Below, piece after piece: positions 9,822 through 19,300 of a stretch of 64,000 bases of DNA (its first letter is position 1; each line of letters starts with the position of its first letter). The position numbers and the translations under genes were made by a program. The notes below the pieces were generated by a model. The model did not search any database, had not been told where the DNA came from, and saw only the letters and a program-made list of their open reading frames with translations. The DNA lies in IMG/VR virus record IMGVR_UViG_3300033067_001119, positions 1-64,000 of that record; one strand, 5' to 3'. The DNA is from a virus. Lineage: Duplodnaviria; Caudoviricetes.

Positions 9822-10736
9822 TCAGGACGACGGGAATTCGCCCCAAGCACTTCTCGGATCGTTAAATCCGAAACTGTACCGCTCATATGCCTTCACGAGC
9901 AGGTTGTCGGTGATGTTGTCGACCCACATGTCGCTCTCGTACGGGATACGAAGCATGTGGATCAGGCCCTCGATGTTGGTGGTCAGGAACCACGCATACG
10001 CCGAGGTGAGGAAGTCCATCACGAGGTGGCCTTCCGGCAGACCGCCGGAGGTCGTCAGGATGGCGTTGACGTCGTTGTTGGCAGTGCCCGGCCGCAGCTC
10101 GGTCTTCATCAGCCGGATCGCGACCGGCTCAAGGTTGACCGGGACGATCAGGCGGCGGGCGCGGGCCAGAATCTTCAGGCCACGCTCGTTGACGAACAGC
10201 GAGCGGACGTTGGCCATGTTGGCCAGCAGCGAGGACTCGTTGAGCGACTTCGCCACCGTCGAGGTGTTGGCCCAAGTCCCCTGATCCCACGGGTGGTCCG
10301 TCGCAAACAGCGCCTTACCGTCACCGATCTGGACGCTGTTGTAGACGTTACCGAGGTTGAGGACGTTCGCGCCTTGGATTTCCTTGAACTGCGCGAAGGC
10401 TTCCTGCAGTTTCAGGTTCGTCGGGTTGAACTGAGCCTTGTAGAGGTTGTCGTCGATGGCCTTGCGGGTGATGGCGTAGCCGAGGGCGACCTCGATATGC
10501 ACGAACGCCCAAGTGAAGCGCTCGCCCGCGTTGTTGTCGAACTGCGTTGCCGCGCCTTCATCCTTAAGGAACGGCAGCGCCACGAAGGCCATCTGGGTCG
10601 AACGCTCGACAGCCATCTGGCTCTTGTGGGTCTTGAAGACCTTGTCCCACTGTCGTGGGATCATCTCATAGGAGCCCCGGACGTCAAACAGTCCCGGCAG
10701 GAGTTCCGAGCGGATGCTCGCAAGTGCAATGGGCAT
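9822..10736 (-). CDS. Major capsid protein, Mu gpT-like family
   Basis: SELLPGLFDV, LGYAITRKAIDDNLY, ERYSFGFNDPRSAWG motifs. Confidence 0.9.
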   Translation of the reverse strand: MPIALASIRSELLPGLFDVRGSYEMIPRQWDKVFKTHKSQMAVERSTQMAFVALPFLKDEGAATQFDNNAGERFTWAFVHIEVALGYAITRKAIDDNLYKAQFNPTNLKLQEAFAQFKEIQGANVLNLGNVYNSVQIGDGKALFATDHPWDQGTWANTSTVAKSLNESSLLANMANVRSLFVNERGLKILARARRLIVPVNLEPVAIRLMKTELRPGTANNDVNAILTTSGGLPEGHLVMDFLTSAYAWFLTTNIEGLIHMLRIPYESDMWVDNITDNLLVKAYERYSFGFNDPRSAWGEFPSS

Positions 10737-10747
10737 CTATAACTCCC

Positions 10748-11335
10748 TTATGCCAAGCCCGTCGACTGGTTGTTGAATGTCACCACGCACCAACCATACG
10801 CGGTCGACGGGTCAGACCCGTTGCCCACGATGCCGAAGTTGCCGGAGGTCGTGCACGGGGCAACGACACGGAACGGAAGCGTGTTAGTGGTGTTGAGGGT
10901 GGACTGGTCGACGGTGGCACCGGAAACTCCGGTGGCTGTCGAACCCGTGCCGATGGCGTAGCCGACGTTCTCGCCGATGTTGGCGGTAACGATGCTGGTG
11001 TTGAGCGCCGCCGCGAGGAAAAGCGCGTTCCGAGCGTCGATGATGTAGGCCGTAGCCGGGCCATAGGCCGAGCCGGGCCAGTAGGGCAGCCACGCCGGAG
11101 GACCGCCAGCGACAGGCGTATACATGCAGCCGTCGAAGATACCTGCGACCGTCGAGGTATTGTTCGCGCCTTGCACGATAGCGCCGGTGGTGGGGTCTAG
11201 GCAGACGGGGTCGCCGCGATAGATTTTGGTACCATTGGACGAAAGGATGGTGCCCGTGGACAGCTGATAGTCCGGTGCGCCACCGCCGAGGTACCCGATG
11301 TGTCGGAAGCCAAACTTAGCTTGTGTGTTCGCCAC
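10748..11335 (-). CDS. Capsid cement/decoration protein
   Basis: MANTQAKFGFR...IYRGDPV; directly upstream of the MCP. Confidence 0.7.
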   Translation of the reverse strand: MANTQAKFGFRHIGYLGGGAPDYQLSTGTILSSNGTKIYRGDPVCLDPTTGAIVQGANNTSTVAGIFDGCMYTPVAGGPPAWLPYWPGSAYGPATAYIIDARNALFLAAALNTSIVTANIGENVGYAIGTGSTATGVSGATVDQSTLNTTNTLPFRVVAPCTTSGNFGIVGNGSDPSTAYGWCVVTFNNQSTGLA

Positions 11336-11494
11336 AGGAACGCTCCGGTCTTAACGGGGCTTTTCCTAGCGCGCGTGGCCGGAATGATCGCCTTGGGAAT
11401 TGTGAGCAGCGCCCTGCGCGGTGCTGTTAGCTTGCCGAAGCTCTCGGCCTAAATTCGATCAACCCAGCACGGGGATCGTTTGATGCTGTCTTCG

Positions 11495-11524
11495 CCTATA
11501 CACCATCCCTTGATGAAGCGTCAA
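11495..11524 (-). promoter_or_regulatory. Sigma70-like promoter for capsid genes
   Basis: TTGACG-N18-TATAGG, about 160 nt upstream of the cement gene. Confidence 0.6.
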
Positions 11525-11536
11525 TAGCTGCCACTA

Positions 11537-12229
11537 TTAGGCCGCATCCTGCTTGCGCTTCGCATCGCGCGCAAAGCACGCGGTGAAGGCGTAGTTGCCG
11601 ACGTGGGTGATCTCGTACGCAATCGAAGCCCACACCTTGCCGCCGCACTCGCGCCAGCGCCGACAGAACGAGATGTCTTCCGACACCTTGCCTTCAGGGG
11701 TTCGCATCTGGTCGAAGAAACCGAGCGTGCGGCCGGGCTTGTTCGGGTCGCGCATGGTGGCCAGCGTGATGTGCGGATAGATCAGCTCCGGGAATTGTTC
11801 GATCATCTTGGTGACCGCGTCCCGGCGGATCAGGAAGCAGCCGGTGCCGAGCGCCTCCACTTCGATGAAGCCGGGGCGGAAGTCCCCCTTGGCCTCCAGC
11901 CCGCTCGCCACCCAGTCAATCGGCAGCGTCTTCTTCGGGTAGATAGCTCCCACCACCGGCTCATCCAGCAGCAGCATGTCGACGATCATGTCGGGCTCAA
12001 AGCCCATGTCGTCGTCGATCATCAGCAGGTGGGTGAAGTCCGGCACCGCGTCGTAGAAATACGACAGAACGGCGTTGCGCAGCTCTTCGATGTCGGGCCA
12101 CGAGAACGTCGAGATGTGCGTCTGGATGCCCTTGCTGATCATCGTGACGGCAAGGCGGTGGCTGCTTTCAAATGTCGCAGCATTGATGTTCCCCCGGAAG
12201 GAGGGGATGAAGCAAAAGACCTTGGCCAT
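11537..12229 (-). CDS. GT-A fold glycosyltransferase-like protein
   Basis: FTHLLMIDDDMGF (DxD) and GTGCFLIRR motifs. Confidence 0.8.
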   Translation of the reverse strand: MAKVFCFIPSFRGNINAATFESSHRLAVTMISKGIQTHISTFSWPDIEELRNAVLSYFYDAVPDFTHLLMIDDDMGFEPDMIVDMLLLDEPVVGAIYPKKTLPIDWVASGLEAKGDFRPGFIEVEALGTGCFLIRRDAVTKMIEQFPELIYPHITLATMRDPNKPGRTLGFFDQMRTPEGKVSEDISFCRRWRECGGKVWASIAYEITHVGNYAFTACFARDAKRKQDAA

Positions 12230-12400
12230 TTACGGTGAGACCCTGATGACTGGATAGATCAAATGGTCGGGCCACATGGGCCAAACGTCGATGCCGGTCG
12301 CTGTGCGGCGGTAGTAGACCGGAAGGGCGCGCACATCCTTCGGGAGCTTGTCCCACTCCTCGATCTGGATGAGAGCGCGCCCGTCCGGCTCCAGCCTCAA
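12230..12400 (-). CDS. 56-aa protein (TTG start), absent from ORF track
   Basis: Coupled to both neighbours (ATTGA and TAAATG overlaps); PVYYRR...IDVWP resembles the adaptor motif. Confidence 0.55.
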   Translation of the reverse strand: MRLEPDGRALIQIEEWDKLPKDVRALPVYYRRTATGIDVWPMWPDHLIYPVIRVSP

Positions 12401-13125
12401 TCGCCTTCCTCCTCTGTCGGATACTCCGGCGTCGGGATGTCGAGGCCCGGGTCGATGGACATCCGCATGCCCATGCTGGGACCGGCGAAGTTGTTGCGGC
12501 TGCGGGCCACGCCAGCGCCGGGCAGCTGCGCCTGCGTCATGCGGAGCGCGTCGGTGCGGTCGCGGACCTGAGCCTTGGCGCGCTGCTTGTCCTCCTCCAT
12601 GGCCTCCATGGTCAGGGACGCCGGGCGCTCTTCCAGCCGCAGACCCTCGATCACGATGGCTCCGTCATATTCCGGAGGTGTCCAGTGGCCCGGGTGGCGC
12701 GACGCCGGGACCGGCCGCCAGCCGTTCTCGAACATCTGCAGGTCGCCCTTGATGATCTCTTGGATGCCCTGATTGAGGACGGTGACCTGATTCCACTGGT
12801 AGGACCAACCCGGCGGGATGAAGTGTGCGGGCACCTCGAACTTGTCGACGGTAGCTGTGCGGCGGCGTGTCAGCCGCTCGCCATTGTGGCCAACCGCAAC
12901 CACCGCACCGCGGCGCGTGGTCTCTCGGGCCGTATCGCGGGTGCCCTCGGCGCGCGGAGCAGGACGCGGATTGGTCCGCTGCACCGGAGCCTCGGCACGC
13001 ACCTCTGGCTGCACCCGTGCAACGCGGGCCTTGGCTACCTTGCGCACTGGAGCCTGCTTGGCCCTCGGCGGCACCGGGCGCGGAGCGCCATCTTCAACTG
13101 GCTGGTTCATGTATAATCTCCTCAC
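12397..13125 (-). CDS. Conserved head-module protein
   Basis: PPGWSYQW...GWRPVP...IEGLRLEERP; sits between scaffold and cement genes. Confidence 0.7.
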   Translation of the reverse strand: MRRLYMNQPVEDGAPRPVPPRAKQAPVRKVAKARVARVQPEVRAEAPVQRTNPRPAPRAEGTRDTARETTRRGAVVAVGHNGERLTRRRTATVDKFEVPAHFIPPGWSYQWNQVTVLNQGIQEIIKGDLQMFENGWRPVPASRHPGHWTPPEYDGAIVIEGLRLEERPASLTMEAMEEDKQRAKAQVRDRTDALRMTQAQLPGAGVARSRNNFAGPSMGMRMSIDPGLDIPTPEYPTEEEGD

Positions 13126-14129
13126 GCCTCGATGTTGTTGCGGTCGTAGAGCCCTGCGGCCTTACCGGCAGCCTTGCGGCGCGCCATCTCCACCAGCCCA
13201 ATGGGGTCGCCGACCTTCCAGCGCCCCTTGCCGGTGGGGTCCGGGTAATTCCAGACCAGCGTGCCGTCCGTCGCCGATTCGGCCTCCCGCTTGGTCAGTC
13301 TCACCTCGGTGCCACCTCCGTTCAGCGCCCCGGACGGACCGCCTCCCGGAGCCGCAGCCGAGCTTGGACGTCTGCCGTCCTTGCCCGGAGCTGCTGGCTT
13401 GATGCCTTCCTCGATCCGCCGAAAATACTCCTCGCTCTCGATGGCGATGCCATCTGCAACAGCGAGATTGTGGGCCGCCAGCATGCGCGCATTGGCAACC
13501 GTGTCGGTGGCGCACTCGGGATGCGCCCGCACCCACGCCGCACTCTTGGGGGTGAGCTTGCCACCCGCGATAAAGGCCTCCACAGGGTCTGCAGGGGGTC
13601 GCTGGGAGGGCTCTCGATGCCGGGTCTCCTGAGCAGGCCTGCGCTTGGTAGCCTCCTCCAGATCGTCCTTGGCCTCGCTGAGGCGGGTTATGCGTGATTC
13701 AGCCGCAGCCATCTTGCGCTGGGCCCGTGCCTGAGCTGAGAAATCTCCGGCCTCGGAGGCTCTGACGTATTCCTGCTCAGCCGCATCGGCCTCCGCCTGA
13801 GCTGCCGCAAGGCCCGACAGGACCGTATCGAGCTGGCTGGAAACAACCTGCGTCTCCGCGGTCTGGGCGCGCCTCAGCGCCTCGTCCCGCTCACGGGCGA
13901 TACGCTCGTTGTCGCTCTCCACCGCCGTGACGCGCTGCGTCATGGTGGCGAACTGGCTCTTGAGGTCCGCTACCGGGTCGACGTCGCCGCCGGTACCTCC
14001 GGCTGGCGCGGCCGGTGTCTTGACGACTTGCCCCTCGCCCGGCTCAGCGCCGACCTGAACGGTGATCTCCTCCTCGGGCTCATTACCTGAGCCCAAGTCC
14101 ATCTGCAGCATGCTGTCTTCGCCAGCCAT
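13122..14129 (-). CDS. Scaffolding protein (putative)
   Basis: Acidic coiled-coil, 335 aa; start reassigned to MAGEDS with RBS. Confidence 0.65.
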   Translation of the reverse strand: MAGEDSMLQMDLGSGNEPEEEITVQVGAEPGEGQVVKTPAAPAGGTGGDVDPVADLKSQFATMTQRVTAVESDNERIARERDEALRRAQTAETQVVSSQLDTVLSGLAAAQAEADAAEQEYVRASEAGDFSAQARAQRKMAAAESRITRLSEAKDDLEEATKRRPAQETRHREPSQRPPADPVEAFIAGGKLTPKSAAWVRAHPECATDTVANARMLAAHNLAVADGIAIESEEYFRRIEEGIKPAAPGKDGRRPSSAAAPGGGPSGALNGGGTEVRLTKREAESATDGTLVWNYPDPTGKGRWKVGDPIGLVEMARRKAAGKAAGLYDRNNIEA

Positions 14130-14140
14130 TTTCGTTCCCC

Positions 14141-14554
14141 TCAGTAGTAGATTTCCGGGTCCTCGACCTTCATCAGGATGCGAGTGTCCGAGAAGATGCG
14201 GCAAGGCACCTCGTTGATGAAGAGCGCGTTGCCATCGGCCGGGATCGCCATCACCCAGTCACCGACCTTCAGCTTGTCGCCGTTGAACTTGGCGATGTTG
14301 TCGTCCTTGAAGGCACCCTTGCCCATCGCCACGACGAGGAAGACGTTGCCCTGAAAGCGGTCCTCCTCGATGATCTTGTCAGGCATGAAGATGCCGCCCT
14401 TGGTCTTGGCCGGACGGATGTATTGCGCCACCAGCACCTGCGAGTGGAAGACGTAGGTGTTGTGCTTGCCGAGCGCAGACATGATCGCCTTCTTGGGGTC
14501 TGTCGACGCCTCGGCGATCTCGCGCATCTTGCGCATGGCATTGGACGAAGCCAT
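14141..14554 (-). CDS. groES: GroES-like co-chaperonin
   Basis: VLV...KTKGGIFMPD...VVAMGKG...LKVGDWV. Confidence 0.9.
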   Translation of the reverse strand: MASSNAMRKMREIAEASTDPKKAIMSALGKHNTYVFHSQVLVAQYIRPAKTKGGIFMPDKIIEEDRFQGNVFLVVAMGKGAFKDDNIAKFNGDKLKVGDWVMAIPADGNALFINEVPCRIFSDTRILMKVEDPEIYY

Positions 14555-15225
14555 CAGTCTGTTTCCCTTGCGATTGGATGTTGGACAGGCGTGAAAGAGA
14601 GATTGACCGGCTCATAGACGACCGGGCCATCCCATGGATAGGCCATGGAGCCCAGCACCGGCCGGTCGATCAGCAGGCGGCGGCGCACATACTCGGTGAA
14701 GTCGAGCTTGCAGGTGACGGCGGCGTCAGCCCACCGACGCGGTATGCGGACAGTCAGCGGCACCTCGATGTCGATGGTGTCGCCCTCGAAATTGAGCTTC
14801 TCCCACTCTTCCGGGGTGCGCTTCTCCTCCGCCATCCATTCCTGCGGCATGATGACCATGGAAGAGCCAGCCTTCGCCGACTCAGCCCAGTTCTCAGCCA
14901 ACTTCCTTGGTCCATCAAGCTCAGCCCGAGACTGCTCAACTGATGTCTCTACAAGGACCAAACCATCAATGGTGATGTGTCCATCTAGCTCAAGATGGGG
15001 AGGTAGTTTCCAGTAACGGAGGAAGGGGACGAAACGCCAGCCGGGCTTGATTGGCCGATCCGATGGCACCCATTGAAAAACGCGGCCAACAGGGCGTTCG
15101 AGCTTCTCAACCAGATCAAAGTCTTGGTTGGAAGAGGCCGTCTTTGACGATGTCTTCTTCGGCTTGCGCGCCGCCGTCTTTGCCCTGCGTGGGCGAGCCA
15201 TGGGAGCATCCCTTGTTGCCATCAC
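14554..15225 (-). CDS. Hypothetical protein, partial paralog of 12397-13125
   Basis: GRVFQW...PGWRFVP...IDGLVLVE. Confidence 0.55.
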   Translation of the reverse strand: MMATRDAPMARPRRAKTAARKPKKTSSKTASSNQDFDLVEKLERPVGRVFQWVPSDRPIKPGWRFVPFLRYWKLPPHLELDGHITIDGLVLVETSVEQSRAELDGPRKLAENWAESAKAGSSMVIMPQEWMAEEKRTPEEWEKLNFEGDTIDIEVPLTVRIPRRWADAAVTCKLDFTEYVRRRLLIDRPVLGSMAYPWDGPVVYEPVNLSFTPVQHPIARETD

Positions 15226-15245
15226 CCGAGCATCGGGTGCGGTGG

Positions 15246-15503
15246 TTAACCGTCGAGCCTCTTTTGGACCTGTTGAGCGTGACTGATCGCAATGTCGAGA
15301 CCATCGATGCGGCCAACGATCTCGCGGTAGGTCGGGTAGTCCTTGACTGATCCCTTGGCGAGCTGCTCTGCGATCAGGGCGCGCTCCCTCTTCAGGATCG
15401 ACACCACGGTCGTTGCCAGATGCGGATGGTCGTCACGCTGCGTGGTGACGACGTCTCCAGCTTCAAGCGACAGGACGCCAGCATTGGGGCGGGCAAGGGC
15501 CAT
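15246..15503 (-). CDS. Conserved phage protein upstream of groES
   Basis: KDYPTYREIVGRIDGL motif. Confidence 0.7.
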   Translation of the reverse strand: MALARPNAGVLSLEAGDVVTTQRDDHPHLATTVVSILKRERALIAEQLAKGSVKDYPTYREIVGRIDGLDIAISHAQQVQKRLDG

Positions 15504-16111
15504 CAGTAGTCCTCGGCCTTCTCCAGACGGCCTTTGCCGCCGCCTGCGCCGCCGTGCATCTTCGGGCCCATGTTGGCCTTGAAGGAGACCTGCACGCCGC
15601 CGCCGGTGGCGAAGGTCACCTGACGCGGACGATGGATGTCCTTGATGTCGTTCTGGCCGGGCAGGTGCTGCACCTTGGTGCCGACCTTCATGCCCTTGGA
15701 TTTCACGCCGCCGCCCTTGGCCCGCATTGGCATGCCCGGAGGAGGACCTCCCGGACCCATGGGGCCGCCCGGACCACCCGGGGGCATCGGAGGTCCAGCC
15801 ATCGGCGGAGCGCCCGGAGGCGGCCCCGGAGGAGGCGGCGGAGGCATCATGACGGGAGGCTCGGGCGGTGGCTGCTGCTGCCCGCCGGTGATGACGTTGA
15901 CAGTGACGCCCTTGCCCTTCACGCCGCCGCCAGATGCCCGCATCGGGCGATCAGCGCGAATGCGCGCCATCGGGCTCTCGTCGCCGATCTCCGATCCGGA
16001 ATATGCTGAGGTGAGGTCGCCAGCGCGAGCGCGGGATACGTTGGACTGCCGGAATTTCTTGAATGGATGCCCGCTCATTGGATACTCCTCCAAGGCCCCG
16101 GGCGGCGGCAA
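15503..16111 (-). CDS. Pro/Gly-rich basic protein with three AxGG motifs
   Basis: RASGGGV, RAKGGGV, FATGGGV; poly-Pro tract. Confidence 0.65.
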   Translation of the reverse strand: MPPPGALEEYPMSGHPFKKFRQSNVSRARAGDLTSAYSGSEIGDESPMARIRADRPMRASGGGVKGKGVTVNVITGGQQQPPPEPPVMMPPPPPPGPPPGAPPMAGPPMPPGGPGGPMGPGGPPPGMPMRAKGGGVKSKGMKVGTKVQHLPGQNDIKDIHRPRQVTFATGGGVQVSFKANMGPKMHGGAGGGKGRLEKAEDY

Positions 16112-16120
16112 GCCTGCTGC

Positions 16121-16345
16121 CTATATCGCATCGTTTTGAGATTTGGGCAACTGCCGCGGCGGTGTCGATGCTTTCGGGTTGCCGAGCTGCCACAAATCAC
16201 AGACCGCGCCCCAGCGCACCCGTCCATAGACCCGATCACAGCCGCTGTCTTCGATGATGACGAACCTGCACGACTTGCAGAACCTCACCTGATCGTAGTT
16301 CTTGGCACGGTAGTTGGCCTCGGCCTTGTCTACAGGTTCAGCCAC
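16121..16345 (-). CDS. HiPIP-like four-cysteine mini-protein
   Basis: KAEANY...CKSCRF...GCDRVYGRV...VCDLW spacing. Confidence 0.6.
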   Translation of the reverse strand: MAEPVDKAEANYRAKNYDQVRFCKSCRFVIIEDSGCDRVYGRVRWGAVCDLWQLGNPKASTPPRQLPKSQNDAI

Positions 16346-19300
16346 AGCGCTATCACCTCTTCATCGTCTCGCTCGATCTCCCGCATGCGCATCACGGTAG
16401 CGTCGATGCGCTCCGGCTGCGGCGGGTCTCGCAGGAAGTCCTTGCCGAAGATGTCCTCCAGCACGCGCAGGATACGTTCCTTGTCGCGCGCCTCGTCGAT
16501 GTCGATCTGCGGGTGGCCCTGCGCCAGCCGGTACTGATTCCACAGCCTGCGCCACGCCGGTCCAACGTCCTCGTCCGGCGGGATGAACGGGATGAACGGA
16601 GGGATGAGGGTGTCCCACGGCAGAAGGCCTCCGCCGCGGCTGAACAGGGGATGCGGAGGCTGCCATGCCTGCGGCGGCACCCACAGATTGCCGGAAACAA
16701 CGAAGATGTACGGCCTGTAGATGCCGTCATCGCCACGCATGACCGCGCCCGCGCGCTCACGCCTCGGGTGAGGAGGCTGCGGCGGCTGCACCAAGAAGCC
16801 GGTTTCGGCAAAGCGGCGATAGACCTCCGCGATATTGACCTGCGGCATGATCGCGCCAGCCTTGGCAAAGCGCATGCGCGGGAAGACATCCGGGGTCTGG
16901 TACCAGTTGATGACTTGAGCGACGAAGGTGAAGATGTCCTCGATGCCATCCTCGCCGCGCATGATAGCGCCAGCTCTCTCGGGCCGCGGGTGCGGGGGCT
17001 GCCAAGACTGATTCTCGAACCCAAAGTCGAAGAAGTTCTGGTAGAGGGCTTCGATGTTGAAGGCCGCCTCTGGATTGCGGAACGAGCGATGCGGAGGCTG
17101 CCATGGCTGGACTGGCCAGCCCTCTATGAACGGCGGGATCGGCTGCGGCGCTTGGTTGCCGTCGTCACCGATCAGGATCGCGCCCGCCTTTTCCCTGCGC
17201 GGGTGTGGAGGCTGCGGTGGCTGGACGTAGAAGCCGAAATCCCGGAACTGCGAGTAGACCGCAAACAGCGACTTGCTGCGGATGGCCGAGTAACGCTGCC
17301 CCGTGAAGCTGTGCCGGATCATCGGCGGCTGCACTTCCCAGCCCATCGGGAAGTAGTTCATGAAGCGGAACTGCGTTCCATCATCTTTCGGGGCGATAGC
17401 CGCAAAGCGCTGCCGGACCTTCGGGAAGAACGGCGGCTGCCACGGCTGGACATGCCACGCAACACCGACATGGACGGAGAACTCGGCGTAGATGCCGTCA
17501 TCCTTCGGGGCGATAGCGCCAGACTTCTCCGGGCGGGGATGCGGAGGCTGCGTGGGCTGAACCTCAAAGCCGAAGTCGAAGAAATTCTTAAACGTCGGCT
17601 CAACAAGCGACAGAAAGGGCGCTAGAGCCCCAAACTTTTCCGGCTTGAAGTGAGGTGGTGGCGGGGGCTGAACTTCCCAGCCAAAATTACGCCACGCATT
17701 GAATTTGTCTTGGTTGCCGTCATCGCCGCGCAGGATCGCCGCCGCTCTCTCTGGCTTAGGATGAGGCGGCTGAGGCGACTGAACCTCTCCACCCACTCCA
17801 ATCCAGTAAGAGAATGTTCCGGTGATACCAGCGTCGCCAAGCATGATCGCCCCGACCTTTTCCGGGCGAGGATGCGGGGGCGGAGGCGGCTGAACTTCGA
17901 ATCCAAAATCATAGAAAGCGGCAAAAGTAGATTGCGTACCATCGTCGCCACGCATGATCGATCCGGCCCTTTCAGGACGAGGATGCGGGGGCTGCCAGTC
18001 TTGGTTCTGCCAGCCCTGCGGGTACTGGAGTGGAGGCGTATAAATATCCAAAATACCGTCGTCGCCGAGCATAATTCCCGCAGATCGCTCAGGGCGGGGA
18101 TGCGGAGGCTGCGTGGGCTGAATAGGAAAGCCGAGCGGGGAAAATTGCCGGAGTGTATCCACCCCATCGCTGCCTCCGGCGAGGATGCCGCCCTTTCGGC
18201 GAGCTGGCGACGCATACACCGAAATTTCGGTTTGAAAGTAAGCCGAAACAGCCAGCGTTCCGGTGATGATGATGGCACCGCCAGCACCCACGCCTCCCGT
18301 AAGTGTTCCAGACGTTGACTTGCCGCCAGCACCGCCGCCGCCGCCGGGCCACCCGCCTGCCCCGCCTGCGACCGATGTCGAGCTGCTGTTTGTGCCACCA
18401 CCAGCACCACCGCCACCGCCGCGCATGTCGGAGGTGCCAGCACCACCAGCGCCTCCGTTAGTTCCAGAGCCCCCCGCCCCGCCGGAGGACGCCGAGCCGC
18501 CAGCGGCACCAGTGGTGGAAACAGAACTCGCCGTCCCCTGCACACCGGCAGCGGCATTTGTCGCCGCAGCAGCGCCACCACCACCATTGTTAGTCGAGCC
18601 GCCGCCCGCGCGACCATCAGCGCCCGCCCGCTTGGTGTCGCCAATCGCCGAAGTCGTCGTAGCGCCGGTTCCGGCTGTTCCGCTAGGACCATTGCCGCCG
18701 TCTGCGCTGGCACCGTTCGCGCGCAACTGCGCCCCAATCGTGCTGTTGCCCTTTCGGTTGCCAACCGTGACCGATAGCGCGCCGCCGGGGGTAATAGTGA
18801 GAGCATTGACCTTCGAATAGCCGCCCGAGCCACCGGAGCCACCGGAGCCATTCGTCGCACCGTTTCCTCCGGATGAGCCGCCGCCCCATGCCTCTCCAAA
18901 AGCCCCCGACGAACTCCAGTTCGAGGGAATGTTCGCGTTAAGAGTGATCGTTCCGGTGTTGGCGCTATCGCCGACAATGATGATCTGGTCCGGATCGCTT
19001 CCGGTGTATGTGATCTTGATGAGGCCGTATCCGCCGCGCGCTGCGCTGCCTGCTGCACTAGCGCCGCTGCCGCCGCCCGGGTTGCCGCCATTGCCGCCAA
19101 CGCCGCTTGTGTTGCTAAAGGCACCCCCGCCTGCGCCGCCGTTGTCCCAATCATCGCCGCCTGCGCCGCCGTTGGTAGTGGTGCCAGTGCCAGCACCACC
19201 GCCACCGGACCCGACGCCGCCTGCGGTGCCATTGTTGCCTGATGTGCCGCCAGCGCCGCCAGCAACTCCGCCTACGCTGTTGCCACCTGTGCCACCCGTA

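Noticed and set aside
16640-18120. Repeats as diversity-generating retroelement TR/VR
   Set aside because: Differences are not adenine-specific and no reverse transcriptase is in the window
17622-19265. 547-aa alternative-frame ORF
   Set aside because: Frame shadow of the Gly-rich repeats in 16330-19767; low-complexity Ala/Arg/Val sequence
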